DNA of 64,000 nucleotides from Vermamoeba vermiformis. Its lineage: Eukaryota. How positions within the stretch are numbered: the stretch's first letter is position 1; every line of letters starts with the position of its first letter. Shown here one piece after another: positions 1 to 12,442 of this stretch. The notes under the pieces are model-generated. The model was not told the DNA's origin. It saw only the letters and a list, made by a program, of their open reading frames with translations, and made no database searches. The stretch lies in contig JBEWZL010000238.1 of NCBI GenBank assembly GCA_045837725.1, positions 372,001-436,000 of the forward strand, read 5' to 3'. A program made the translations under genes and the position numbers.

Positions 1-920
1 AGCACTTGATCTTCTTGTTCGTGGTGTAGACGCTCTGCCAGAGGGCGCTCTCTGATGAAAATAATTAGTCATGGGTAAGGCAATATTAATGGCGAAAAAA
101 GGGTCTTGAGATGCTTTGCATTGGCGAGATCCACGAGGTCGATCGCAAAAATTTGATCGTTGCAAAATTCGACCTCGCCAGCTAAAGCGAGAATAACTAA
201 ATTTATGCCAAATTATCGTTATATAAATTAATTTATAGTATAATTTAAAATATTGAAATGAATTGAGGTGTTTTATCGTACCTTGCAAGAAAGCCCAGAT
301 GAAGATGTCAGCGATGGTCAAACTGTAACCAGCGAAGTAAGTTCTCATTTGCAAGTGAGTATTCAAATCCTCCATGCATGCCAAGAACTTCTCTTCGGCA
401 TGGTGTGTAATCAACTCAGTGAAAACGAACTCCAACCATTGATCAACCTATATCCGAGATCAGCTTCGTGTTTTATGAATGTAAATAGCATAATAGTGTA
501 ATACTCACCTCAGAGGCTGCCAATGCGCCGTTTCCATAGAGTCCGTGATCGGGGAAAGCACGGGCTAAGTATCTAGCAACGACCAATTCTCCCTTAAGGA
601 CGTCGCTGTCGGAATAAATAGCAGTTAGTATATCTAATATTTATATGGCGAAATAGAGCATTTGTAATTTGTTTGGAATTTTTTGGACAATAATTGATTT
701 TCAGATTCTGAAGCCTATTTTAATTTGACAACCGCAACTGCTAATAATTGTATAAATATTCTAATAATTACCCAGAGGGGAAAAACTCGAGTTCAGGGCA
801 GGCAACTTTATTCTCGGCTCTCCATCTGAGGCCAGGAGCCTTGATCAGATCGGCTAAGATTTGCAAGGCAAGATGTGTTTTGCCTGCTTGGTGTCGTGCA
901 ACGAATTTAGTGTTCTCCAT
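1..920 (-). CDS. 5' part of a GST-like-domain protein, most likely cytosolic glutamyl-tRNA synthetase (or EF1B-gamma/Arc1-like); continues beyond the window start
   Basis: Spliced translation from ATG at 920: MENTKFVARHQAGK...VARYLARAFPDHGLYG...IDQWLEF...LNTHLQMRTYFAGYSLTIADIFIWAFLQ...ESALW. This resembles the N-terminal GST-like domain of eukaryotic GluRS/EPRS. GT-AG introns are present; no catalytic domain is inside the window. Confidence 0.65.
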
Positions 921-1431
921 CTAGTACAATTAATTGCGTAAGTGACTGCTAATTGATCCAGAGTTGAAAGATTTCGCATCAAATATTTAATAGATAGAAC
1001 TGATAGCCACTAGAGCTGATCCTAGTGAAAGTTGTTTAAGTGTCAGTTGTGGCTTACCTTTTGACAGATCTCGACGACTATTTATACGAGAGGGAGCCAA
1101 ATTTTGGTTCTCACAAATTTAACAGAACCTGAGCGGCACCAAGCGGCATTCGCAGATTAATCACATAATTCTAGAACAACAATGTACTGGACAGGTAAGG
1201 TTTCTAGAAGGTTATTAATGCAAGGGTAGCAGTAACGAATTTTTATTAGTTTGTCGAGATCCGGATCGAAAAGAAGGAACACAGTTCTCCGTGTCGTGGC
1301 ATTTGCATACTGCATATTCTTGCACGTACTGTTAATGTTATATAGGGTTACATAGTGCAAGGAAGCAAAGAGTTCTTCGCCGGCCAGGGAGAAAAATATC
1401 TTGACACGAGTCCATTGTCTTTTCAGCGAAA

Positions 1432-2898
1432 TTACTTCTTCCAGTGCTCAAACGCGTATTTAATCTGTTCGTAGAGCGTGAAACCAAGGGCTGTTTGCGC
1501 GATAGCTTTCATGATGGACGGCGCCGTGCCTTTGTAGAACGCACGAAGACCCTCAGTTTGGATGATGTGTTTTGTCATGTGCACGACCTTGGCTTGGACT
1601 GGTGGTTTGTGATCGGGCTTTAGTCCGTGGATCTACACAATAGGAAGTATTAGGCGACATTATAAGGTATACTAAGCGTTCTGACATACCTGCAATCGCT
1701 TCTTCAACACGTCTAATGGCAACACCGCTAATTTTCCTGCGAGACCTGCAATGCCTCCAGAGAGCATTTGCTGCGTTACTCCTTCGTGCTATTGATACAT
1801 AATTAGTCATGTGCATCGATTTATAACTTACAATTATAAGGATTATTGTTGATACGACACTTACTGTAAAAAGAGTTTTCAATTTATTGTATGTTGCAAA
1901 TTGTATTGCGGTAGTGGGGACGATTTGAGCGAGTGATGGGGACATTCCTTTATAAAATCCACGAATGCCTTCTTTGTGCAAAATCTTTCGATACGCCTCT
2001 GAAATTGACTTGTAGATCTGATACAAAAAATTCGTAAAAATCCCGCTCCGAAAGTATAACATTGCAAATTGCAACTATAATATGGTTATTGTAACATGTA
2101 TAATACATACTGGAGGATTTGTTTGACACGCAAAGCGAGTTCTTAGCAAGTCAAGAGGATAAGAAACAACCGAAGCAGTAAGACCTCCTAAACCACCGCA
2201 AATAAGTGAAGCTAATGGCCCGTGATCATTTTCCTAATATAGAAATAAAGAATGATAAGAGGCTAGGGCGCTGGCGAAATAGAAAAAGTTGTTACGAACC
2301 TTTTTGAATAGACGGTGATAGAGACGAGTGTAAGCTTCGTAAGTCGAAAATTGTAAACTTGTATAGGTAATCCATAAATATTCGGCTAATAAATTTCCGC
2401 GCCAAAGTCCCTAAGTGAAACAGATCGCGAGTGAGTTCAAACAGTAATTGTCAATGGAAAATTAGTTGCTTACTTTGATACCTTCTTCGCGAAGAATACG
2501 TTTACATGCGTCCCACATACTATGGTAGCTATGACCGTGAAAATTATGAGCCAGGTGCTTCGCAGCAACGGCCGAATCTACTTGGACCTAAAAGATATTT
2601 TATTAAAAAATTAGAAATTTATGGCTAATTTCAGTTTCGATGCCGTAAATAAATAAATTTTGAATATTTTAATAAATATGTAACTATGAAATTTTTTGGA
2701 CACTACAAAGCGTAGATCCGCTTTTCGCCCACCGAGATGTACTCGTAAACTTACTTGAAACCGAATTTTGAGCACATCAAGTGGTGCTATTGTGAACCTA
2801 GTTACTCCTCCTGAAATAGCACCAGCTAGGATGTGATCAGACCAAAAGTTTTTATTTGTCTGCGCTGTGTGATGACGATGATGATCAACAGCGGCCAT
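1432..2898 (-). CDS. Mitochondrial carrier (SLC25) protein, thiamine pyrophosphate carrier-like; multi-exon
   Basis: Three Px[DE]xx[KR]xR repeats: PLDVLKIRFQ, PLDLLRTRF and PLDVLKKRLQ. Also EEGIKGLWRGNLLAE, EGIRGFYKG and EGLRAFYKG. Resemblance to TPC1/SLC25A19 is from recalled sequence only. Stop TAA at 1432-1434. Confidence 0.88.
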
Positions 2899-3213
2899 GA
2901 ATGCTTAGTTTATTGTGTTGTATACCATAATGCTTATCAATTGAATAGACACGGTCGGTAACTCTGTGTTTGCTGAAAACTCCTTTGCCTCCCATTTCAG
3001 ACCTTGCGAGGGAGTCAAAATCTTAAGCACAAATATTTACAAACCGACGACTCTTTCGCTCAGTACTCGACACTAGTTACCAACAAAGGGTAAGTTACAG
3101 TCTCAAGGAAAAGGTTTAAGCGAATCTGCTCAGTGGATGGCATTCACTTCTCGTTTCAATTTTGAAACCTGTTGCTAATAATTTCAATTAAAGCAGAAAT
3201 TAGGATATAAAAC

Positions 3214-3683
3214 ATGGACCAAGATATTATTAGAATGATTGAAGAGCGTCAAATGCGGACCTTGTCCACTCATTTGAATTATGTTCGTGAAAAATTCCGT
3301 CAAGATCGAGAAATAATGGATAATCGCCTCGACGAGCTAATGAGTATTGCATTTGGACGCGAAGATGAATTTTACCAATCGAATTTATTCTCATTTATTC
3401 GAAGACACCGAGTATGTAATTGTTTAATTATTTCTTTCATTGGATCTGCCGTTCATTGAACTCAAAATTAATTTTTTAGGCTGAAGAGCGATATATGGAA
3501 AATCTTTTTGAAGATTTTATTCGCAAATCTCAATGGAGACAACACCAAATGCACCAAGAACGACGAATGCGCGATCTCGAAGCCTTAATGCGTCGATTTG
3601 CAGAGTTGGAAGAAGACGATGATGATATGGATGACGGAGATGATTACGAAGAGATAGCTATTGAGTTCCGACCAATGGCGTAA
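3214..3683 (+). CDS. Small helical protein with an acidic C-terminus, unknown function (2 exons)
   Basis: ORFs 3214-3459 and 3495-3683 join in frame through a GT-AG intron at 3412-3479 (CAC CGA|gtatgt...ttag|GCT GAA). Confidence 0.7.
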
Positions 3684-4084
3684 ATCTCTGTTGGATCCAA
3701 TCGCTTACTTTTACTGACGTGGCGAGCTCTGAAAGCAACGTCGGCGAAAATTTTCGAAAAGAATTCACCCTTTTATAATTTTTAGAGTGAGAGTTGTAAA
3801 TAAATAGGCCTATTTAACATTCGTTTTCCGATCTAAGCCAGTTCCAAACAGGATGTATCCGCAATTCATTAGGCAGCTTCCCTAACAAATGATTAATATG
3901 TCGATGTAGATTAAATAAGTCGCCTTTATTATCGTACAAGTAGAGTTGTATTTTTTAACTGTTGTGGAGCCAGCGAGCAAACAGGAATTTCGGAGCGACA
4001 GTTTTTCATGAACTCACGTTGAGCTGTAGTTCGTAACTTTTTTATTCGTGAACACGAAAGAGTAGGATTACCTATAATTTCGAA

Positions 4085-7000
4085 ATGTTTAGCAGGTGTC
4101 TTCAGGTCATAAAAGGCCGATCGCATCTCGGTCAGAAAGTTCAGAAGTACGTTATTAGTGGAGTTACCATAAAAAATATTGTTCTAATAATTATTTAGAT
4201 ATTCTTCGAGTGCTTTCCCGGCGTTAATTGCCAACAAACGAAAGAATAATAAATCTGGCACCAATGTTCTTCCCAAAAATTCAGAGTTATTTAGAATATC
4301 ACAAAACAATAGGAGACATGATTCATCACCTGCTATGCTATTTTCTATCACCAAGGTAATTATTTTCAATTTAATATTTTCGGCGCCTCATTAACCGCGC
4401 TATTTTAAACGGTATTAATAACAAATTTACTGTAATAGCAAGCTAAATAATTAACCAAATTCGAATAATTGTTATTATGCATCGTTTTCTGAATTCCCGT
4501 ATTAGATTCTCGTCGGAGCTGGTAGTTTGGTTGGTCTAGGCTTGTTGTCCATTCAATGGTTCAGACGACGTGATCCTAAACAACTTGATCGCATTACTCG
4601 TCGATTACACGCACCACTAGAACTCGATTTCGATCAAACTTGGGTATGTCATCAATGCTTAGACTATTTACCTTCTCTTTAGCTATTATAGTAATGAATA
4701 ATAGCCAAAATTATTCATCTGTGATGAAATATTATAATAGGCACTAAATTGCGATATTAATTAATTTTTTAACGATTTAGAGTCGCATGGATCGATCAGC
4801 TGAAACACGGTTCATTCGTCATTTGTTGTCTTCATCACCGTCCAGTTTGTTAATAGCTGTCGGGCCCTCAGGGTCAGGCAAGTCAAATATCATCAAGCAA
4901 GTCTTGAGCGACAGAAAAATGACGCTGTATGTCGACTTCAAGCGAGATCCGATTATGAACGGTGAAGAGGTACGATTCAACTCTATGCCTATCATATGAT
5001 AATAATAACATAACATTAGTAATGATAATGCAGTGTAACAACCTGATTAGGTCGAAGATACTAATTTGAACTTATTTTTTGTAGTTTATGTTCTCGTTCT
5101 TGGAAAATGCAGGCTATTACGTCTTTGTGCCTACAGACTTTACGCGATTATTGTTCCGCGATGGAGAGCGACGAGGAAGAATTACCGCACAAGACGCTGA
5201 AAAGGCACTTTCGCTCATGTTGAAGGTTTTACGAAGAGAGAAAGAACGAGGATGGCCGGCTGGTATGAGAGCGGTTATTATAATGAAGCCATATTTATCT
5301 TCCCGGAAATTCTTTACGAATATCTCCACGGGAGATTAATTTTAATCCTTACACGTAATTGACCTACTTTTTTCGTTCGCAGGTGTTCCTGTAATCTGCT
5401 TAGATGACTACCATCGAGTATATAAGAACGGTCAAGGACAAGGAGGAGTAAGTCATTGATATACGTTATTACTTGCCTATCGAGCGTTGACTCATATCTC
5501 ATTTTCGCAGGATCCGTTCTTCAACAAATTTTTGGACTGGTGCTTGCACGTAGAAGAATGCAAATTGGCGCATATTATATTCGTATCCTATTCATATGTT
5601 ATAACTCCTAGTACTTACTGCTATTACGGATCTTATCGTTGATTCCTTAACATCGTTACACTAGATTACTAGTTATGCTTCAGCTCAGTTAGATTTGGAT
5701 GCACGTAAGTTTACTTTTGCAATAAAGAATTAGTACTAAATATGGCATGAACAATTGTATTATAGACCCACACGTTCGATCGAAGAGAGTGCTGTTGTTC
5801 GTTGATTACCCGGCCAAAGAACAAATCAAAAAAACTTTCAGTGAATTATTATCAACGTTAAAGGCAAGTACTACAATTATATTACGTCAATATCACCGTT
5901 ATTTATAGACTGTTGGACAGGATCCACCAAACCATCACGAGACCGAGTGGATTATGCGCGTAATTGGTGGCCATATGGAAGACTTGGATTTGGTCTATAC
6001 TGCCTTATTAAGGTTCGAAAGAATTTAAGAAATTATTGCAAAGTTATCTCAGGTTGAAAAATCAAATCTGATCCGACCCGTTGTCAACAATTTTATTCTT
6101 AAAATTAGCTAATTAACACTTTGGTATTAAGGGGTGATTCATATGCCAATATCTTGCGCCGCTTGGTCACAGACAGTATTGGTTACGTTGAAGATCAGCT
6201 TGAAAATATTTTGCAAAAAGCTAGTTTAGAGAATGCTGATGAGGGCAAAAAAGAAGCGATTTATAATAAGTATTTAAGACTATGGACTATGTTGGTAAGA
6301 ATAAGATGTGACGAGCGGAAAGAATTGGCTAATAATGGAAACTTTCCTTTTTAGGAAATGTTGCGCGATTCAGAAGTGATTAATCGTCGTGACCTTATTC
6401 GAAATATTTTCAAAGAAAACACGGAAGAATTGGACGAATACGTGGCAGCGGAGATTATTTGCTACAGAAACATTCGCAAAGAATACATCAAGCCCGCGAC
6501 GGCGACGGATCCAGCCAATACCAACGCCGAGGCTACTAACAATAGTCCTGCTACTACTACTGACAATAAGGCCGTTCAAAAGCCAGATGAATCAGTGTAC
6601 ATTTCACTGTTGAACGAGTCACTTGACAGTGTGCTCGTCAGTGCTGGTTCACCGCGTCTGAGAGTCGCTTTTGACGTGTTGTTGAAGGACAAGAGATTGT
6701 TGGAGCAGAAACAGATGGTTGAAGTCAAATTGAGGTACGTCTCTTTTTTGACACTTTGAGTGACACTTTGACACTCGTGAAAAATATCTTGAAAATTACA
6801 TGTACTATCGAATCGAACCTCCCGATAGCGATATTCCGTTACAAAATGCTTTTATATGATTGTCCACAAGCCACTTTTTGGCACTTTGACACGTGTCATG
6901 AAAATCAAAATTGCTCGCAGTTCCGTTTTACCAAACAATTGTTTTATTCCGGATAATTGGTGATTCTCTATTGGTATATTAGTAATGCTTTATTTAGGCT

Positions 7001-7439
7001 GAAAAAGTATACCGATAGACTTACAACGTTAGCGGAACAGCGCAAAGTTCTGTTGCAAGAGCACCAGGCAAGCCAAAGATATTTTTTTGATATTTTAACT
7101 TGCGCTAACAAATTTGATAATAGACTTGCGTGAATGAATTAGAAAAATTAGTGACAAACGCAGACAAATGGCGTCAAGAAATCGGAGCGGATCTATTTTC
7201 CGAAAGGCAAGTTTTTATCATTATATTTGTGTTCATCACTGCGAGTTTTTAAAGATGGAAATTTCATTGTTATTAGGAAAGAAGCAATTTTAGCTCGCGA
7301 AGATAAAATTGAAGCGCAATTGAAGGCCGTAGAAGATCAAATTGAAGAAAATACGCGCAAGAAAGAAGAACAGACTTTGCATCAAAATGTGTTGACTAAT
7401 GCGATCGCAACACCTGTGCAAGTAACTGCTACGAAATAA
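4085..7439 (+). CDS. Mitochondrial membrane AAA+/P-loop protein, Yme2 (RNA12 domain)-like, no recognisable RRM, C-terminal coiled coil
   Basis: Basic presequence-like N-terminus (MFSRCLQVIKGRSHL), one TM segment (ILVGAGSLVGLGLLSIQWF), Walker A GPSGSGKS and Walker B VICLDD. Segments FLDWCLHVEECKLAHIIFIT and IGGHMEDLD recall the Yme2 C-terminal domain. Confidence 0.65.
5583..5664 (+). other. U12-type (minor spliceosome) GT-AG intron
   Basis: 5' site GTATCCTA and perfect branch TTCCTTAAC at 5643-5651, about 13 nt before the AG. Removal restores AHIIF|ITSY. Confidence 0.8.
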
Positions 7440-8468
7440 ACAAATATGATCGTAAGTCATTGAAACTGAAATTTGTCCGTCAGACCTGAGTCCTTTTGCC
7501 ACATCTGCTCGATAAAAACTGCAGCAAGTAAATAATTGGTCCAGTTAATCTAATCTTGTTATTTGCAGTTTTAATCGTTAATGTCACTCGGATCTAACTT
7601 ACGCACTTTGATTAAATCTCGACTTCGAGATACATCGGATCAGAATCACCCGATGTTTTGTGTGTAATTACTGTATTCCTTCGGGCGTTCATTCCCGATG
7701 GGATTCATTCAATCGATTCCGGGTATATGTGATACGTAGTATCTATGGGAAGGGTCCAAAATGAAACTTGCTTTCCGGCGGCAGATCAGCCGCTTAGGTC
7801 AGTACGAAAGTCGTATGGAGAAAAGTACTCTTATTTGAATGATTCAATCACGGTTACGAGTAATTTATTGCAATGGAATGAAGAGTGAATCAGTCGCGCG
7901 AGTTTTCGGCAATTAAATTCAATTAACTCAGTCCAAACTTCTCAAAAATCGCTTTCTTATTCAACTTGCCCTTCGTTGCGTACAACATCAGTCCTATACT
8001 CCGCTGATGGCATATTGCTGCAGTTTCAGACCGTTAACTAGACTTGCGGCGGAGCGGAGTTTTTAAGTGGATCAAGGCAATGTTAGAAAAAGAACTGCCC
8101 GATTCATTTAATCAAATCGAGCAACGGTCGAGTCGCATCGTTCCATTGGTGACCTTGTTTCTTGATGCTCATCCCCGAGACGTTGCCAAGGATCCAAATC
8201 CACTTCAAAACCAATCTGGTTTTACTTGCGCCTTGGATCACGTAGCAGTGTAGAATATGCGTAGTATATTGAAATCGTCGTAAAATTAAGTGCTATTTTT
8301 AGCTATTTGACAGAAAAGTACAAATTGAATTTCTGACATTTTTGATGCTCCAAAATGCCAACCCACGCGATGACAAGATAATTTGTTTTAATTTTATTGT
8401 CGTTTGTTAACGTTATTGATCACCACACAAGAGGTTGCACTTATTTATTTTGCGGTTGAAATGCGAAT

Positions 8469-11400
8469 ATGAGCGGGAAACAACAACCAAACGAGAAAAA
8501 GAAAGCATCCAGAAGCCGAAAAAACAATAACAATGATGAGACCTCTACCTCATCAAAACACGATACAAAGGGTCAATCTTGCTTACGATGCAAAGAGCGC
8601 AAGAAGAAATGTAAGTTTAAACGGCACTTTGTTGGGGTTGCATCCAGAAACAAATTTACTACTTTATTCTCAAAATATTAGAAAATAATTATTTATTAAT
8701 ACTTTGACACATAATCGTTATTTTTCTGTTTAAAATAACTTGTAAAGGAAATTTTTATTCCAGATTTTCTTTTTTGTGTGCTGATGGTGAAACTTTGTAG
8801 GCGACAGACTCCATCCGAGCTGCTCACGGTGCCTTAAAAGTAATGCTCAGTGCTTATACAGAATGAAAGTCAAAAGCACCGTATTGAGTAAGTTATTGGG
8901 ACTAGATCCGAATTTTCATCTTCGTGCAAAACGGTTGATCTGCTATTGCTAAATAGCCTTTTGCCTTAAATACGTTGTATAGTGACTTATTAACGCGCTG
9001 ATATAGACCGTTCTTCTCCGGAGGCATTGCAACAGTTATTATATGAGCTGCAGCGAGCGGAAGAGCTAGGACAAGATCTTGACAACGAAATTCTGCGGCA
9101 ACTGTATGAAATAGAGCGTCTAAAGAGGGTAAGTGCAACAAATAGTTTCGTAATGGATTCGAACACCTTGTTCGTCCGGATGGTGAACTCCATTTTGCAC
9201 CGCAAAGTTTATTTACTGAAATTAGTGTGCTGGCGATGGATGTAGATTATTTTCGAGTATATGCATACTACTATAGTCAAATTATATATAATTGAATACT
9301 TATTTCGGTTGCTGAACAAATTTTAATCGTTTCGGATGATACTCGTTTGGGGATGTGGTCTAAACTGTTTCGGATGCGGTGTTTAATACCAATTATATCA
9401 TATAGGCCAAGTTACAAGTAGTAGTACGCTCAGTGACGCTATACAAAAGCAGTCAATTGACCTACATGTTGAATTGTTACATGCCCGCTCTGCAACCGAC
9501 GACAGGCAATCAAGTGCCTTATATTAAAATCTCGCACTTCTTTCGAGACACAAGTAAGTCTATATTACTGCATTCATATTTGTGTTTGCTGTTAATTTTG
9601 GATGCGATTTTTGACAGCTTACATCAATTTGATATTAATTTATTGGTGAAACGGATCTCATACGAATCATACCGTTAATATATTAAAGCAATGAATATAA
9701 CGATTTAGCAGTATAATTTAACTGCAATCTACAACATCGGATTTCGTACTTTTTCGGAACTTCCCGGTGCTGATCTGTGACTTGCAAATAATATTTACTC
9801 GTATTTTAATAATCCTAACGATATTTCTATTATAATCGATAAATTTAGAACGTTAACAGATGGATCGGAATAATAACAATTGATTTTCTTCGTGCAGATC
9901 CTGCTCGTCAAGGAGCGATGTTTGCTATGCTTGCCAACGCGGCCCTAATGCTAGAAGATACGGAAATGGCAGACAGATTCCGTATTCAGGCCAAGTAAGT
10001 GTTGTGGATGTGTTACATAATAAGGAACAAAATATTACGAATGCGAAAATTCCGCCGCAAAAAGTGATCCGATAGCCGTTCAGTGAAAATAGAACGGCAA
10101 TTTTATGCAAGTGCGTGCAAGTACATATTGAGATATAATATGTGCTTTACATCAGTATCATATTTAATTGACCCATATTACCGTCAATTCATTTTCAAAA
10201 AGACAGTAGTTTTTAATTTTTTTTTCTATTTTTAGTAAATGCTTGTCGGATGCCGGACCCCCTACGCCGCAGAATATGGCGTTATATGTATCAGCCTTAA
10301 TCGATCTAGGCACTCACCATCAAGCTTTTTTCGATTTTGAAACCGCGATCAAGTATTACTACCAGATCAAGGGTTACGCTGAGAAGTATCCGCATTTGTT
10401 CTTGGCAGCATTGAAAAAGAAGAGAAATAATCAACGTAGCCTGGCATATCAAGACGATAGGCGATTTCAAGTCAAGGATCTGCAAGAAAAAGAGCATTAT
10501 TCCGGTCGCTTCCATGAAATGCGCCAAGGCAGCCCTGGCTATGAAAATAACAATAATGGATCGCCCAATTTAAGCAATAACAACAACGATATGGAAGAAG
10601 ACGAGAGTTCAGACTCGGATTTGCCTCCTGAAGATGACGGCAAGACCACCTACGCTGTAGCAAGCTATGCCTTGCCGAAGACGGCGGAAGAATCCTTATT
10701 GTTCCATCTTGGCTACGCTTTTGAAGCTTTGATGCTTATGACCAGGGATCGAGAATTGGAAATGATTCGTAAAGAGATCCAAGATTCTAATGAAGAAAAA
10801 CTCGGAGAGCATAATGTATTCAACGAGATTAGAGAAAGATTGCATGCGGTAAGCATCACCTATTCAGAATAATAGCACTCTAATTTCTAAGAAATTAACG
10901 CGTAATTTTCAAGTTGAACCAAATCGCTACGTACTGCCTAAAAAAAGGAGTTATTATGCAATGGGAGTGGTTTAATGCCGAACTCAAGTACGTCGCAGAA
11001 CGGATGGAACTGGTCGAGTTTGGTAGGAGGTAAGTTCCGTGATCTGGGATTTTCCTTATAAGGAAATACTATTTTTGCTCTGTTAAATCCTTATTAATTG
11101 CGTCTGATTAATATTAATATCATAGAATCTTCTTGTTTGGCCAAAAGATGTTGGTTAATATTCACGGCTTAATGGCTGCGAAAAAGAAAGAAGAAGCGTT
11201 GGAAAAGATTGACAAGCTGATCCTCTTTGCTCAAGAGCAGTTCTACTACGGCAAAACCAACGTATTAGGCTACGGTTACCTATTTTCTGCATGCGTTTGC
11301 TACCAATATTTGCAGGAGTATGCTCTTTTCCAACAGGTAAGCGGCATCCAGCGATCTTTTTTTTTTTGAGCTCATAAAATATACTCTAAATGATTACCTA

Positions 11401-12285
11401 ACCCGAGATTAAAATAATAATTGGTATTTATTGCAGACGAGAGATATCATAGCCTCATATAAAGTACCTGGACTTCTCCTGGCCGAACGATGCCTCGACG
11501 AAATAGACAAGTACGTGGCTGGCGAAACCGCTAATATTGCGCCTTATTTCGCCAAGCTCGCTGCTATATTAGAGGCAGATAGGCCTGAACAGACTAAATT
11601 CGTTTTACTGGAAATTACGGATGCGCGTACTGGACAATTGACGGTCGAAGGAAGAGCCTTGTTGCCCGAGAGTCTACATCACTTTATGGGCCACGTAGCA
11701 TATACACAGAATATGAACAACAATATTTTGCAAGCGCAAGATCCTTCAGTTTGCGAATCCAACTCGAATAGTTTTTCGTACGAGCCAGATCAGCCTCACG
11801 CTCCAGTTTATCAATATGGCCACAATAATAATAATAATAACCAAAACAATAACAACAACAATAATAACAACAATAGAAAGCAAGACGTGTACGACAGCGA
11901 GGATGAGTTCGAGCAGAAAACAAGCCAAGACTATCAGATGGTCGAAGATCTGGATTACTTGCTGCCGCAAGACGAAATGACACTAGGAATTTCTCAAGAT
12001 AGCATTCTTATGAATGCTCTACAGAACCCTGGAAATCGAGCGCCGCATCTGGAGCACAACCATCAGATTTTTACTAACAACAACAATAACAACACTAATC
12101 ACGATTCTGTGTTCTACGTATATGGCGAAGAATACAATAACAACAATACTATTGGCAATTACACTATGGGCAATAATCAGCAGATACCAGCGGAGCAGTT
12201 GCTTGAAGTGGATCAGTATCCGGAACAGCATCCGATCCAGACTGAACAACTCCACGAATATCCTTACTTCCCAGTAGAAGAGTAG
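8469..12285 (+). CDS. Zn(II)2Cys6 (GAL4-type) transcription factor with helical/TPR-like middle and Asn/Gln-rich C-terminus
   Basis: Spliced motif SCLRCKERKKKC|DRLHPSCSRCLKSNAQCLY (intron about 8611-8800). Downstream exons include ORFs 10243, 11133 and 11431; poly-Asn tracts are present. Confidence 0.85.
11823..11875 (+). repeat. (AAT/AAC)n coding microsatellite, poly-Asn
   Basis: Encodes NNNNNNQNNNNNNNNNN. Similar tracts occur at about 18480-18510 and 18610-18670. Confidence 0.9.
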
Positions 12286-12442
12286 AGTGTATATAATATC
12301 CTCATTATTATCGGATTTTTGTAAATACTTGTAATTTAAATTTTGGTTGATAGATCGGAAGCGCTTATTCAGATCTATAATTAAAGAGGCCTTATTTTTA
12401 TCTTTTATTCATTCTATTTTACATTGTTATAATACTATATCT

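Noticed and set aside
7440-8468. Hidden gene or ncRNA in the 1-kb gap, including ORF 8044-8253
   Set aside because: No convincing exon chain, protein motif or RNA-family signature. It is probably the regulatory region of the Zn-cluster gene.
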